A stretch of 64,000 nt of DNA from Clostridia bacterium (lineage in GTDB: Bacteria > Bacillota > Clostridia > Monoglobales > Monoglobaceae): NCBI GenBank assembly GCA_017397725.1, contig JAFQIA010000005.1, positions 3,784-67,783 of the forward strand, written 5' to 3'. Shown in pieces: positions 28,725 to 39,103 of the stretch (positions are counted from its first letter, which is position 1; the number at the start of each line of letters is the position of its first letter). Below the pieces are notes generated by a model. It was not told where the DNA came from, made no database searches, and saw only the letters and a list, made by a program, of their open reading frames with translations. Position numbers and translations under genes: made by a program.

Positions 28725-29894
28725 TTATGAAATATATTGCAAAATGCTTCCGGTTTCTTCCAAAGAGATAAGAGCCATCAACATTCTGGGAAGATGGAAG
28801 GGACCCTTCATCTTGTCACCCTTGAGCGGTTCAAAGACGGTTCCGTCATAGTTGATATATCCAAACCATTCTCTGCCGGTTTTGTCCGCAAAATGTTCAA
28901 ATGCGTAATCCTGAATCTGCGCAAAAAGCTTTTTATACTTTTCTTCCTTAAAAATGTTGTACGCAAGGGCATAAGCAATGATGGCTTCGTTTTGGGGCCA
29001 CCAACGCAGAACACCCTCCTCTAAAATCATCAGGGGTCTTCCGTGGATATCACGGCAGGTAGGAATGATACTGGTCTCTTTTTCAAAGCCTTCCGGCATT
29101 GCGTAATCCAGAATTTTTTTGCCAAGCAGGCGGATGCTGTCGTCGTTCTTAATCTCGCCCTCCAGCAGAATAAACCAAGCGGCTTCATAGGCGTGACCGG
29201 GGCATAAGGTTCTCCCCTTGGGGGTATCCCGCAGATTGCCGTCCAAATCCACATAATCAATAATGGTTTTGATGTCATCGTGAATATAACCGCCGTTTTT
29301 CATTTCCTCAATCGCGTCATTGGCTGCCGCATCGTATTTTTCGGTGTTGATTCCCACATTGCGCATAAACTGTGCGGTAGAAAGCATAATCATACTTACC
29401 CCAAAAACCTTGCAGGGTTCAAACTCTTGGGTCAGCTCAGGTGTCCGCGTTTTAGGATCTTTGTAAAGGGAATAACAAATATCAAAATAACGCTCTGCGC
29501 TTTCCCAGACCTCCTGTTTGCCGGTTGCTTTGTAATATTGGGCACAACCGATTGCCGCAAAGGATTCGCTGTAATAATAGTCCCGCTTGACGATGGTAGT
29601 TCCGTCAGCGCGAACCAGAAAGGGCATCCGCCCGTTTGCGTCGGTGCATTTTGACAAAAAACCATAAAGGTTTTCACAAACCTTAAGATATTCAGGGTTC
29701 TGGTCGATGGTGTTGTATGCCATTGCATAGGTCCAAAGTGCCCGTCCCTGAAACCATACATTTTTGGTGGTGTCATACACCTTGTCATTTTTGTCGATAC
29801 AGGTGAAGATGCCACCGTTTTCATAATCCATTGCATTATCCATCCAGAAAGGAAGAACATTCTCCGTTAAGTATTTTTTGTAATCCATGGTCAA
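28725..29894 (-). CDS. N-acylglucosamine 2-epimerase (AGE family)
   Basis: VLPFW, K.VWFQGR, PGHAYEAAWF, WWPQNE, EWFGY, KGPFHLPR. Confidence 0.88.
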   Translation of the reverse strand: MTMDYKKYLTENVLPFWMDNAMDYENGGIFTCIDKNDKVYDTTKNVWFQGRALWTYAMAYNTIDQNPEYLKVCENLYGFLSKCTDANGRMPFLVRADGTTIVKRDYYYSESFAAIGCAQYYKATGKQEVWESAERYFDICYSLYKDPKTRTPELTQEFEPCKVFGVSMIMLSTAQFMRNVGINTEKYDAAANDAIEEMKNGGYIHDDIKTIIDYVDLDGNLRDTPKGRTLCPGHAYEAAWFILLEGEIKNDDSIRLLGKKILDYAMPEGFEKETSIIPTCRDIHGRPLMILEEGVLRWWPQNEAIIAYALAYNIFKEEKYKKLFAQIQDYAFEHFADKTGREWFGYINYDGTVFEPLKGDKMKGPFHLPRMLMALISLEETGSILQYIS

Positions 29895-29904
29895 TCATTG
29901 CCTC

Positions 29905-31767
29905 CTATAAAATTACAGATTTCAATTCAAGGGGAGCCAGGGATTCCCTGTGCGTGCCACTTTTTGTTTCAATAAGAACATCAATGGGAAAATCATAATC
30001 CGTATTCAAAAGATAAATTTTCCCCGTATCATAAACCGCATACCGGAGAGCACCATTGGAGGTGACCCTGATGTCCGCATTTCTTGCACTTTGGGTAATG
30101 ATTTCGCGAACAATGGTACGGTAAAGGGGGTAAAGTGCAGGATTCCCGGGATAGTTTGCGCTGCAAACAAGGGTTGCGATGCCTCTGCCGACCTTGTTTT
30201 CAATGATATAGGGAAGACCCTCTTGCTCGTTCAAAAAGCTTTGGCTTAATTCCGCCACCGGATACCCTCTCGTCAGGTTGCATTTGATGTAGGAGATGTA
30301 ACCCGATGAATAGATGGGGTCACAGACTTTATCCTTCGTTCCGGGATAGTTTAAATTGGCGTGGCTGTTCAATGCAAATTTTACACCGGCATTGGTCAAG
30401 GCTGCTTCGGCGTCGAAGTGGCAACCAAACAGCCGTTCCAGACGTTGATTGTCTAACAACATCAGCTTGCTGTTCCGTGCGACATTATAGTTCAAATGGG
30501 CGGCGGTCATAAGCAGTTTTCCGCCATTTGTTACATAATCAAGCAGATTTTCATAGATTTCATCGGTCATACTGTTCCACCCGACGAAAATCAGATAGTC
30601 ATATTGGCGCAATTTTTCTTTTGGAGCTTCGGCAGGGATGATATCGTACATTCCGTAAGCCGGCAAGGCACTTAGGTCCCTTTCTCCAAAGTTTGCAATA
30701 TCATTCCAATCCCGTTTTTTTCCAATTTCCTCCAACAGCCGCCAACTGTATTCCGCCTCGTTGTGTCCCCATTCGGGACGCTGGAACTGATTCCAGAGAG
30801 AGCTTCCGCCCCAACCGCCCCAAGCGTCGTGATTTCCTTGCACAAATGCAATTTTTGTCTTTGGACCGCCACTGGGACGCTCGTCCTTGTGGAGAAATTC
30901 GGTGAATTCTGCGAGTACCCGCTGATAGTCCTGACATACAGGACTGTTGCTGTCGTATTGATAACCATAAGAATCAATGGCTTCGTCACCGCTTTCCAAG
31001 CAGAACATTTGAGAGCCTGCGAGGTATGCGTATTTATAAGCAAGCTCCAGCCGCTTTTTCTTTAAGGCATCATCGTGACGCATCCCGCCGTACCATTCGT
31101 GGGCAATGTAGGTTCCCCACATTATGGAATCATAGACCCGCGCCAAACCGCGGGTAGAAGAAACAAGAATTTCGGGATTTCCGCACATCAGCTCCAAGGC
31201 AGGAATGGTGGTCCCTGCTTCCAAATTGTATTTATTCAGGTTGGTAGCCTCTGTGGAAATGATTTCCGGCATCTCAAGCTGCTTTCCTACTTCAATGAAT
31301 TTGCTCACATAGTCGATGTACTTCAGGTGCGCAACCTCCATATCAGGAATATTGCAGTCGGGAATAAAATCATCCTTTCCTTTCCCCAGACCCATATTGT
31401 AATAACCCGGGAATTTGCAGGCAAACGAACTGCCGGTTTCCCCGAGCATATCGCCGATAAAGTAGTTCCCTGCAATACGCTTGATTTCGGCAATGGTTTC
31501 CTTGGTGAGATGGCAGTCGGCATCCTTTGGCGGATGCTGGACAGCGAACAGAAAAACAAAATAAATTTTGTTTTCTGCCAAAAACTTTGCCCACTTGATA
31601 AAATATTCCTGAGGAACCGATTCTTCCATTGGGGGTCTTATGGTAACAAAATTCATTTTTTTGTCGATACAACGCGTTTGGATTTCTTCAATCACCGCAT
31701 CTGGATCAAAGGAATGCTCACCGATATGGATACCGGAAAGAATTGTGTCTTTGTTCATCTCAAACAC
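29905..31767 (-). CDS. Hypothetical cytoplasmic protein, possible glycosidase (C-terminal beta-galactosidase-trimerisation-like domain)
   Basis: 620-aa ORF; LRQYDYLIFVGWNSMT...LLDYVTNGGKLLM resembles class-I GATase-like trimerisation domains; co-transcribed with AGE. Confidence 0.7.
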   Translation of the reverse strand: MFEMNKDTILSGIHIGEHSFDPDAVIEEIQTRCIDKKMNFVTIRPPMEESVPQEYFIKWAKFLAENKIYFVFLFAVQHPPKDADCHLTKETIAEIKRIAGNYFIGDMLGETGSSFACKFPGYYNMGLGKGKDDFIPDCNIPDMEVAHLKYIDYVSKFIEVGKQLEMPEIISTEATNLNKYNLEAGTTIPALELMCGNPEILVSSTRGLARVYDSIMWGTYIAHEWYGGMRHDDALKKKRLELAYKYAYLAGSQMFCLESGDEAIDSYGYQYDSNSPVCQDYQRVLAEFTEFLHKDERPSGGPKTKIAFVQGNHDAWGGWGGSSLWNQFQRPEWGHNEAEYSWRLLEEIGKKRDWNDIANFGERDLSALPAYGMYDIIPAEAPKEKLRQYDYLIFVGWNSMTDEIYENLLDYVTNGGKLLMTAAHLNYNVARNSKLMLLDNQRLERLFGCHFDAEAALTNAGVKFALNSHANLNYPGTKDKVCDPIYSSGYISYIKCNLTRGYPVAELSQSFLNEQEGLPYIIENKVGRGIATLVCSANYPGNPALYPLYRTIVREIITQSARNADIRVTSNGALRYAVYDTGKIYLLNTDYDFPIDVLIETKSGTHRESLAPLELKSVIL

Positions 31768-31801
31768 CCTTTTGTCAATTTATTTCTAAAACTCTATGAT
31801 A

Positions 31802-31861
31802 ATTATATCGAGGGGCAATTTGTTTGGCAACGCACAAAATTTGACAAGCAATCATTTTTTG
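31802..31861 (-). promoter_or_regulatory. Promoter + conserved operator, copy 1
   Basis: Minus strand AAAAAATGATTGCTTGTCAAATTTTGTGCG-TTGCCA-N17-TATAAT. Confidence 0.75.
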
Positions 31862-31948
31862 GATTCTACGAGCGGTTGTTTGACTTTTTGTAATCGATAT
31901 GCTAAAATTACACCATTGGTTGATTTATAAAAACAAAGGAGGGAGATA

Positions 31949-34210
31949 ATGAAACGCGGAAATATTTTCAGAATGGACAAAAACTTTATCGGGCTTATTA
32001 TACCTTATGCCAGCGTTTTGTTGATCCCGATTTTGATTTGGTTGATTTCTAATGTCTATGTGATTCACAACAATGAAGAAAAGTGGATATCCTTGCTGGC
32101 AAATAATATCGAAAACAATATCCGTGTTATCGACGGTGATATTGAACGGGTTGAAGATATGGTGGACAGTATCTCTCAGAACACCAATTTTTCCAAGTTT
32201 TTCTCGGATGAAAAGTTGACCTATGAGGAATCGGTCGGCGTGCAAAAACTCCTCAGCTCTTATCCTGCGGAAAATGAGCTGATTGACCATTTATACATAT
32301 ACAGCAGAAAGTCAGGACTTTTAATTACCCTCGATGGCATTTATTATGATGCCAAAGATTATTATGAAACACGCAGACCCATTCAGGGCTATACTCCCGA
32401 ATCGTGGGAGGAAGAACTTGCTTTAGGGGCACCAAAGGGAGCCTATGGGAAGCAACAGGAATATCTGGTAGATAACAGGAACATTGCTATCTTGCCGTAC
32501 CGAAGGAATGTTCCCATATACAATCCTACCAAAAACGACGGCACCATTACCACCTTGATCCGTGCGGAAGAATTGACCTCTTATTTTGATTTGTTGCTGG
32601 AAAAAGGCAAGGGAGAACTGTACGTGTATAACACAGTTGGGGATCTTGTCTTGAAAAAAGGGGACAAATATAAAGATGAAAGCATCCTGTATCACGCAGA
32701 CAGCAAAGGGTATCAAAAAGCAAAGATAGGACCAGACCAGATGTACCGGTTTGATATGACCAGCGCCCAAAATAAATGGCGGTATACCCTTTTTGTGAAT
32801 CAGGAATATGTCCTGAGTGAGGTGTCAAGGTTTAATACTTTACTCAACACAATCAGCATTCTTGCGTTCCTTTTGGGAATGTGCATCTGTCTTTATTTTA
32901 CTTACAAGAAGAATAAAGCTTGTTTTCAGGTGATTAAGCTGCTGGGTATTGATGGGTCAGATTTCTTTTCTACCAAGCTGAAAACCAATGAGTTTGAAAT
33001 CCTGCAGCCGTATCTAGGACAGGTCTTGGATGAAAATACTGCCCTGAAAGATAATGTGAAAAAGATGGGAGAAGTGGCGGATTACAAGGCGTTGCATATG
33101 CTTTTTTACGGTGATATTGCCAATGAAAATGATATTCACAGTGTAATGAAAGAAAGCAACCTGAGCTTTACCCAAAAGAAATTTATGGTTCTGGTGTTGC
33201 GGTCCAAGGCAATTTATAATCTGGAAGGCGAAAAGAACAAAAAGATGTTCTTCATCAATACGCTGGAGGAGTATATCCAAAGAAAGATTTATGTGTATAT
33301 CGCAGATGCCAAAACGATGATTGTCCTGATTAACTTTGATGAGGAAGAAGATGCCTTTTGTGAACAACTCAGAGGAAGCTGTGCCAAAATGAATACGGAT
33401 ATCTTTTTCCATTATCGTATGGAGGTCATTCTGGGTGCAGGAACCGTCACAGAGTCTGTGTATGAAATATCCGAATCGTTAAAACAAGCGATGCGGGTGA
33501 TTTCGTATAAGAGCCTTACCGGACAGATGGAAATTTTGTTCAGTAAAGAACTTCCGGATGAAAAAACCATGTACTATTATCCCATAGAGCTGGAAGATAA
33601 AATTATTAAAAATATCTCCTGTGGAAACTGGGAAGAAACCATGCGGATTTTCGATATTGTTTATGAAGAGAATATCAACAACAGAGCTCTGTCAGGAGAA
33701 CAGCTGGAAGAACTGATTCGCGAAATCAACAGTTCCCTCAATAAGGTAAGACAATTGTTTTTTGGCGATGATGAATGCATCGATTATAAAACCATTGGCT
33801 TTACGGTTAAGAGCTTTTTTGAATATGTGCACGACTTTGTTTTTGCAACCTGCGAGAGCATCAAGGCTCTTGATGAAAACGCGCAGAGTGAAAAGTTCAA
33901 AAGTATGATTGCATACATCCATGAACATTACAGCGATTATGATTTATCGCTGACAACTTTGGCAAAAGTCTTTGGCTTGAATGATATTACTTATATTTCC
34001 AAACAGTTCAAAAAGATGACCAATGAGAACTTCTCTTCTTATCTGGAACGAATCCGGATTGAAAAAGCCTGCGAAATGCTTGACGGAAAGAATCAGGTCA
34101 AGGAGATTGCAGAACAGGTTGGATATCTGAGCGATGTGAGCTTCCGCCGCGCATTCAAAAAGCGTATCGGACTAAGCCCCAGAGACTATAAAAATAACAA
34201 AAATGCATAG
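31949..34210 (+). CDS. Membrane-anchored AraC-family sensor-regulator (YesS/YtdP-like)
   Basis: Two TM helices flanking a ~270-aa extracytoplasmic domain; C-terminal YISKQFKK..NENFSSYL..IRIEKA, IAEQVGY..DVSFRRAFKK HTH. Confidence 0.88.
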   Translation: MKRGNIFRMDKNFIGLIIPYASVLLIPILIWLISNVYVIHNNEEKWISLLANNIENNIRVIDGDIERVEDMVDSISQNTNFSKFFSDEKLTYEESVGVQKLLSSYPAENELIDHLYIYSRKSGLLITLDGIYYDAKDYYETRRPIQGYTPESWEEELALGAPKGAYGKQQEYLVDNRNIAILPYRRNVPIYNPTKNDGTITTLIRAEELTSYFDLLLEKGKGELYVYNTVGDLVLKKGDKYKDESILYHADSKGYQKAKIGPDQMYRFDMTSAQNKWRYTLFVNQEYVLSEVSRFNTLLNTISILAFLLGMCICLYFTYKKNKACFQVIKLLGIDGSDFFSTKLKTNEFEILQPYLGQVLDENTALKDNVKKMGEVADYKALHMLFYGDIANENDIHSVMKESNLSFTQKKFMVLVLRSKAIYNLEGEKNKKMFFINTLEEYIQRKIYVYIADAKTMIVLINFDEEEDAFCEQLRGSCAKMNTDIFFHYRMEVILGAGTVTESVYEISESLKQAMRVISYKSLTGQMEILFSKELPDEKTMYYYPIELEDKIIKNISCGNWEETMRIFDIVYEENINNRALSGEQLEELIREINSSLNKVRQLFFGDDECIDYKTIGFTVKSFFEYVHDFVFATCESIKALDENAQSEKFKSMIAYIHEHYSDYDLSLTTLAKVFGLNDITYISKQFKKMTNENFSSYLERIRIEKACEMLDGKNQVKEIAEQVGYLSDVSFRRAFKKRIGLSPRDYKNNKNA

Positions 34211-34222
34211 TGAAATCCCCTT

Positions 34223-34259
34223 TGGGCGGTACTTCTTAAGGAGAAGTACCGCCCTTTTT
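34223..34259 (+). terminator. Intrinsic terminator
   Basis: GGGCGGTACTTCT-TAAGG-AGAAGTACCGCCC + TTTTT. Confidence 0.85.
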
Positions 34260-34270
34260 CCTTAATATGC

Positions 34271-34330
34271 AAAAAAATGATTGTTCGGCAAAATTTGTTC
34301 GTTGAAAAAGGAAAAGACAATGTTTATAAT
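34271..34330 (+). promoter_or_regulatory. Promoter + conserved operator, copy 2
   Basis: AAAAAATGATTGTTCGGCAAAATTTGTTCG-TTGAAA-N17-TATAAT. Confidence 0.75.
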
Positions 34331-34364
34331 AGGAACACAATTTGCATGAAAAGGGCGTGTTTCT

Positions 34365-37300
34365 GTGAGTAAAAAAGTATTATGCTTACTGCTTTCCGCG
34401 TGGATGATGCTATCCTCGACGGCACCATCTGTGATGGCTGAAACAGTGGCTGAAGATAGGGTTCTTTATGATTTGTCAAAGGAGAATGATATCTTAGCCT
34501 CATTGCAGGATACGGGTTTAGCCAATGTTTCCGTGGCAGAAGCCCCTGACAAAAACGGTTCCAAAGCGTTAAAATGGACCGATCAGCCAAAGGGGAATTG
34601 GTTGCGTTTCAAAAACCTTCCCGTTACGGATATGAACAGCTATAACACTATGGAAATCAGTATGTATAGCGCAAAAAACAGCGGAGATACGATTCGATTT
34701 GTTTTTGCATCCGAAAATAATGCAACGGCCTCCCGTGACTATTTTTCCGGTGACCTGACTCTGGACTGGGAAGGCGAGTGGAAGAATATCAGATTAAGAA
34801 TCGGGGAGAACGGCAATATGTCCGATGCAGGAGTTCCTCTTGGTTGGGACCAACTGACCGGATTGGAGTTTTGGTATAATGCCGATGATGAAACAGCTGC
34901 CTCGGAGGTGTATATCGATAGAATTACCTTAAAGAATATCGATTACAGTTATCTGTGGGAGGAAGAACAGTATGTATCTCCCGCTCCTATAACTGACAAG
35001 CATTATGACTTTACAACAAAAATCAATGCCCGTTTTCCCAATCATCAGCATCCCAGATTGTTGGTGACACAGGAGGATATTGATTTTATCAAAAGGGAAA
35101 AGGAAAATGATGATTATTTAAGACGGGCATTTCCCAAATTGATTGCGACGTGCGATACCTATGCAGGGATTATCGATACAGCAGATGATACTATCACAAC
35201 GGCAACCAGAGCGGCAACCCTCGCTCTGGGCTATGCGCTTACCGAGAATCAAGAGTATGCCGATAAGGTATGGGAAAAAATGTTAACCTTAACCAAGGAG
35301 TGCAATTCCTGGGAGCCGGGGGATGCATCTGCACTCTCTATCGGTGATACGGCAAGATATGTAGGCCTTACTTATGATTTGATGTATAACTACTGGAATG
35401 AGGAGCAAAAAAGAATTGTCAGAAACGCCATAGTGTTATATGCTTTGAATCCTCTTCGACCGACAGTACTTTCGGGAACGGGACTTGCGGTGCAGGAGAA
35501 TAACTGGAATCCGGTTGTCTTCAGTGGTCTTGGCGTGGCAGCGCTTGCTATTGCGGATGCAAACGGCTATGCTGACACAGCGAATCAATTCCTGAACAGA
35601 ATCCCGAACTTCTTCCAGCATTGTTTCAAGCATTATGCACCGGACGGAGCGGGGTTTGAAGGCACAGGTTACTGGCATTATACCATGCTTGGTTATCTCC
35701 CGTATGAGGCGGCGATGTGCCATTCCATCGGGGAAGAGGATTACGAGAATTATACTTTGCTTAACGAGTATGGTCTGGAACAAACCGGGGATTTTATGAT
35801 CCATATGGTAGGTGACACGCTGAAAAGCTTTAACTTTTATGATGGGCACGAGCAGTTGACCTCTACGGCTGCAGATTTCTGGCTGGCAAGATATTTTGAC
35901 AGGCCGGAATTTGGCGGTTACCTCTATGAAGTAGCAAACGCAGAGCCTTGGGCGATGTTGCTTTACAGACCGGATGCACGGTATCAAAACTGGCGTGACA
36001 ATATGGTCGTCGACTATCAAGCAGACGGAACGACGCAGGCGGGTGCAATGCGTACCGGCTTTACCGAAAAAAATGGGTTCTATGTAGGATATAAGGGTGG
36101 AGAGAACGGCTCTGCATCTCATGGTCAATTGGATATCGGGAATTTTGTTCTGGAAAGTATAGGGCAGAGATGGGTTAGTGTAATCCCAAGTGAGGATTAT
36201 GAGGCGCCGGAAATGTTTGGGTATCTGCGTTACAGTTATTACGGAAACCGTGCCGAGGGCAACAATACCTTGGTGATAGACCCCGGGGTGGATCAATCGC
36301 CGGATGAGAATGAGGGGTATCCTGTGGATCAGGCAAAGGATGCCTATTGCCGGATTACCACTACAAAGTCCTCGCCCACCGCGTCCTATGCCATTGTGGA
36401 TATGACGGATGCCTATCGGGAAAGTGCGGAGTCTGTCCAACGAGGGTTCGGCTTGATTGCGGACAAAAATGCGTTCTTACTACAGGATGAGATTAAGCTG
36501 AAAAAGAGCGCCGAGGTGTATTCTTTTATGCACACCCAAGCAGATGTGGAACTATCTGCTGACAGAAGAAGTGCCATTATGAGTCATGGCGGCAAGCAGA
36601 TGAAAGCGACCTTGCTTTCTCCTCAAAATGCCACACTGCGTGTGATGGATGCAGTTCCCCTGCCCACTTCTCCTGAGGCACAGAATTTGAATCGCGATGC
36701 GTACAAAAAACTGACGGTCAAAGCGCAGGTTGACAGCGAGGCTACCATTTCGGTATTGTTTACCCCCTATTATGGTGAGGGTGGTTATGAATATATGTTA
36801 GAAAATGTGGTTGCGCTTAATGATTGGGATGCGTTTACCACTGAGCAGATGGCAATGCCCAAGATCCAAGGGGATACCAATCTTTATCGTTCGCCGGTCG
36901 GCAGAGTACAAACAATCCAGTATGGTGTGGTTGGCAATCTGCCTGAAACCATAAAGAACAGTCTTTCTTGGAGTTTGGATGGAGCACCGGAAGGTGTGTC
37001 TGTGGACGATAGTGGCGTTCTGTCCATGTCCGGCGATGTTTCAAGCGGAACATTTACCTTGTGCTTGAACCTGAATGGAGAAGAACTTGCGACCAAAGAA
37101 GTTGCCATATTGGCAAAACCGGAAAAATATTCGGATTTGTTCGACCGCTATTATGAGGATTTTGAGGTATACAAAGAGGATGCTACCATTGTGATGAAAG
37201 GCAGCCCCCAAAGACCCTCTATCAAATATACTGATCCAAGCGGAACAGGTTTGATCGTTGGAAAGGAAGAGGATGGCAATACCTATGCCAAGGCAACTGG

Positions 37301-38969
37301 ATTGTGTTATTGGAGTAGCAATGCAACCTTTATGTTTAACTATTCGGCAAATGACGGGCAGAGATTGTATCTGCCGGATGCAAGCGTGGTTACGGTAGAA
37401 GGTCGTTTTATGATAGAAAACCCGTCAAGCACAGAGCAGTCCTTGATGTGGTTTGAAAATGCAGGAGTCAGACTTGGTTATAAGGCATCGTCGAGCCCCG
37501 AAAAAGCGGATGTTTATTCTCACGGGACAAAGATTGCAACCGTGGACACCAACGAGTGGTTTGATTTGAGAGTAGAATTTGACCATACAAATGTGACCTA
37601 TGATGCGTACCTCAACAACATCAAAGTTGTGGATGCAAGAGCAATGGGCAATAATTTGTATGTAGGTGCAGGCACTCGCGGAAACGGTTTTTATATCGGT
37701 GCATCGGTGGATGACTTGGCGATGTATAGCGGGCGCAATGTGGCGGTTGTTGAAACAGCAGGCATCTATGGTGATGCAACCATTTACAGGGCGCCGGTTG
37801 GAATCATACAAAAGCTGCAATATACAACCGATACCGATTTGACCCACGGAACGAAGTGGTATTTGAAAGATGCACCGGAGGGTGTCACCATTGACCAAAA
37901 TGGCGTATTAAAAGTTCCCGGAAGTGTTCCGGCAGGTACGTTTGAAATTCAGCTTATGAATGTAGGCTTGTTGCTTGGTGCAAAGACCATTACCATTCCG
38001 GAACAGCCTGAGAAATGGGTGAAAGGTACTTCGTCAGGACGCTATTATGAGGACTTTACCCGGTATCAGGATGCCACCATCACCACCGGAACAGTCCACG
38101 GCGACATCAAGCTGGATAGCGCGATTACTGCCACCACGGAAGCGGATGGCAATGTTTATGCCAAAGCATCGATTTCCGATGGGCTGAGCTGGGGTTCCTC
38201 TGGGACAGCTTTGAAACTGTTGAACTCTTGGAACGACGGAAATATTTACCTACCGGATGCATCTGAGGTGGTGATTGAGGGACGGTTCAAGGCAGAAATC
38301 CCGACGGCGGAAAAGCGTTGGCCGGTAATGTGGCATATGGCAACCGGAATCAATATTTCTTATGAACTGGCAGAGGAAGAAGCATATGCAAAATTGGTGC
38401 ATACCAATGATGGTACTGATGATTCCACAACGATTGCCTATGTCCCTAAAGACACTTGGTTTTCTCTGCGTGTGGAGTTAAATTATACCAAAGGTACCTA
38501 TTCTGTATTTGTCAATGATACCCGGGTGGTGGAGGGTAGACAATTCACCAATACAGAAACAAGATTGAATAAGGGGTTGGTAATTGGAACCTCGGTGGAT
38601 GATTTGGCAATGTACAGCGGAACCAAAGATGCAACGGTAATGGGTGACCAAATGACCATTGTCAAGAATGGGGTTGTGGTTGACAGCACAACAAGAAGAT
38701 TTGATTTTGCAGAAGATACGACCTTAAACCTTTCTATCAGTAAGTCCATGAAAAACACATCCGAAAACGCCAAGGCAATCGGCGTGTTTGTAGCGATTTA
38801 TACTGAGGACAAGAACTTGTCCAATGTTTGGTATAACGGGAATAGTATCTTGCCGGAAATAACAGGCAGTTTTCTGATTGATGTTACCTGCGATGTGACG
38901 GCAGGAAGCTATGCAAAGATATTTCTTTGGGATATGGAGAAGCTGTGCCCCATCCATGAAAAACCTTAG
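34365..38969 (+). CDS. Secreted multidomain heparinase II/III-like (polysaccharide-lyase-like) protein with two repeat modules and a conserved C-terminal domain
   Basis: Signal peptide; CBM-like beta-sandwich; HPRLL, NNWNPV..SG, GAGFEG.GYWHYT, H..LDIG.FVLE..GQRW, NRAEG.NTLVI; modules A and B; ends GSYAKIFLWDMEKLCPI. Confidence 0.8.
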   Translation: MSKKVLCLLLSAWMMLSSTAPSVMAETVAEDRVLYDLSKENDILASLQDTGLANVSVAEAPDKNGSKALKWTDQPKGNWLRFKNLPVTDMNSYNTMEISMYSAKNSGDTIRFVFASENNATASRDYFSGDLTLDWEGEWKNIRLRIGENGNMSDAGVPLGWDQLTGLEFWYNADDETAASEVYIDRITLKNIDYSYLWEEEQYVSPAPITDKHYDFTTKINARFPNHQHPRLLVTQEDIDFIKREKENDDYLRRAFPKLIATCDTYAGIIDTADDTITTATRAATLALGYALTENQEYADKVWEKMLTLTKECNSWEPGDASALSIGDTARYVGLTYDLMYNYWNEEQKRIVRNAIVLYALNPLRPTVLSGTGLAVQENNWNPVVFSGLGVAALAIADANGYADTANQFLNRIPNFFQHCFKHYAPDGAGFEGTGYWHYTMLGYLPYEAAMCHSIGEEDYENYTLLNEYGLEQTGDFMIHMVGDTLKSFNFYDGHEQLTSTAADFWLARYFDRPEFGGYLYEVANAEPWAMLLYRPDARYQNWRDNMVVDYQADGTTQAGAMRTGFTEKNGFYVGYKGGENGSASHGQLDIGNFVLESIGQRWVSVIPSEDYEAPEMFGYLRYSYYGNRAEGNNTLVIDPGVDQSPDENEGYPVDQAKDAYCRITTTKSSPTASYAIVDMTDAYRESAESVQRGFGLIADKNAFLLQDEIKLKKSAEVYSFMHTQADVELSADRRSAIMSHGGKQMKATLLSPQNATLRVMDAVPLPTSPEAQNLNRDAYKKLTVKAQVDSEATISVLFTPYYGEGGYEYMLENVVALNDWDAFTTEQMAMPKIQGDTNLYRSPVGRVQTIQYGVVGNLPETIKNSLSWSLDGAPEGVSVDDSGVLSMSGDVSSGTFTLCLNLNGEELATKEVAILAKPEKYSDLFDRYYEDFEVYKEDATIVMKGSPQRPSIKYTDPSGTGLIVGKEEDGNTYAKATGLCYWSSNATFMFNYSANDGQRLYLPDASVVTVEGRFMIENPSSTEQSLMWFENAGVRLGYKASSSPEKADVYSHGTKIATVDTNEWFDLRVEFDHTNVTYDAYLNNIKVVDARAMGNNLYVGAGTRGNGFYIGASVDDLAMYSGRNVAVVETAGIYGDATIYRAPVGIIQKLQYTTDTDLTHGTKWYLKDAPEGVTIDQNGVLKVPGSVPAGTFEIQLMNVGLLLGAKTITIPEQPEKWVKGTSSGRYYEDFTRYQDATITTGTVHGDIKLDSAITATTEADGNVYAKASISDGLSWGSSGTALKLLNSWNDGNIYLPDASEVVIEGRFKAEIPTAEKRWPVMWHMATGINISYELAEEEAYAKLVHTNDGTDDSTTIAYVPKDTWFSLRVELNYTKGTYSVFVNDTRVVEGRQFTNTETRLNKGLVIGTSVDDLAMYSGTKDATVMGDQMTIVKNGVVVDSTTRRFDFAEDTTLNLSISKSMKNTSENAKAIGVFVAIYTEDKNLSNVWYNGNSILPEITGSFLIDVTCDVTAGSYAKIFLWDMEKLCPIHEKP

Positions 38970-38992
38970 AAAAACATAGGTTTTTCTAAGCC

Positions 38993-39051
38993 AAAAAATG
39001 ATTGTTTTACAAAATTTGTTCGTTGTAAAATGATAGTGCATATGGTATAAC
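38993..39051 (+). promoter_or_regulatory. Promoter + conserved operator, copy 3
   Basis: AAAAAATGATTGTTTTACAAAATTTGTTCG-TTGTAA-N17-TATAAC. Confidence 0.75.
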
Positions 39052-39103
39052 TTATGCTATAAAAATATTCTCAAAAATTCTCAAAAAAAGGAGTAGAGGG
39101 ATT

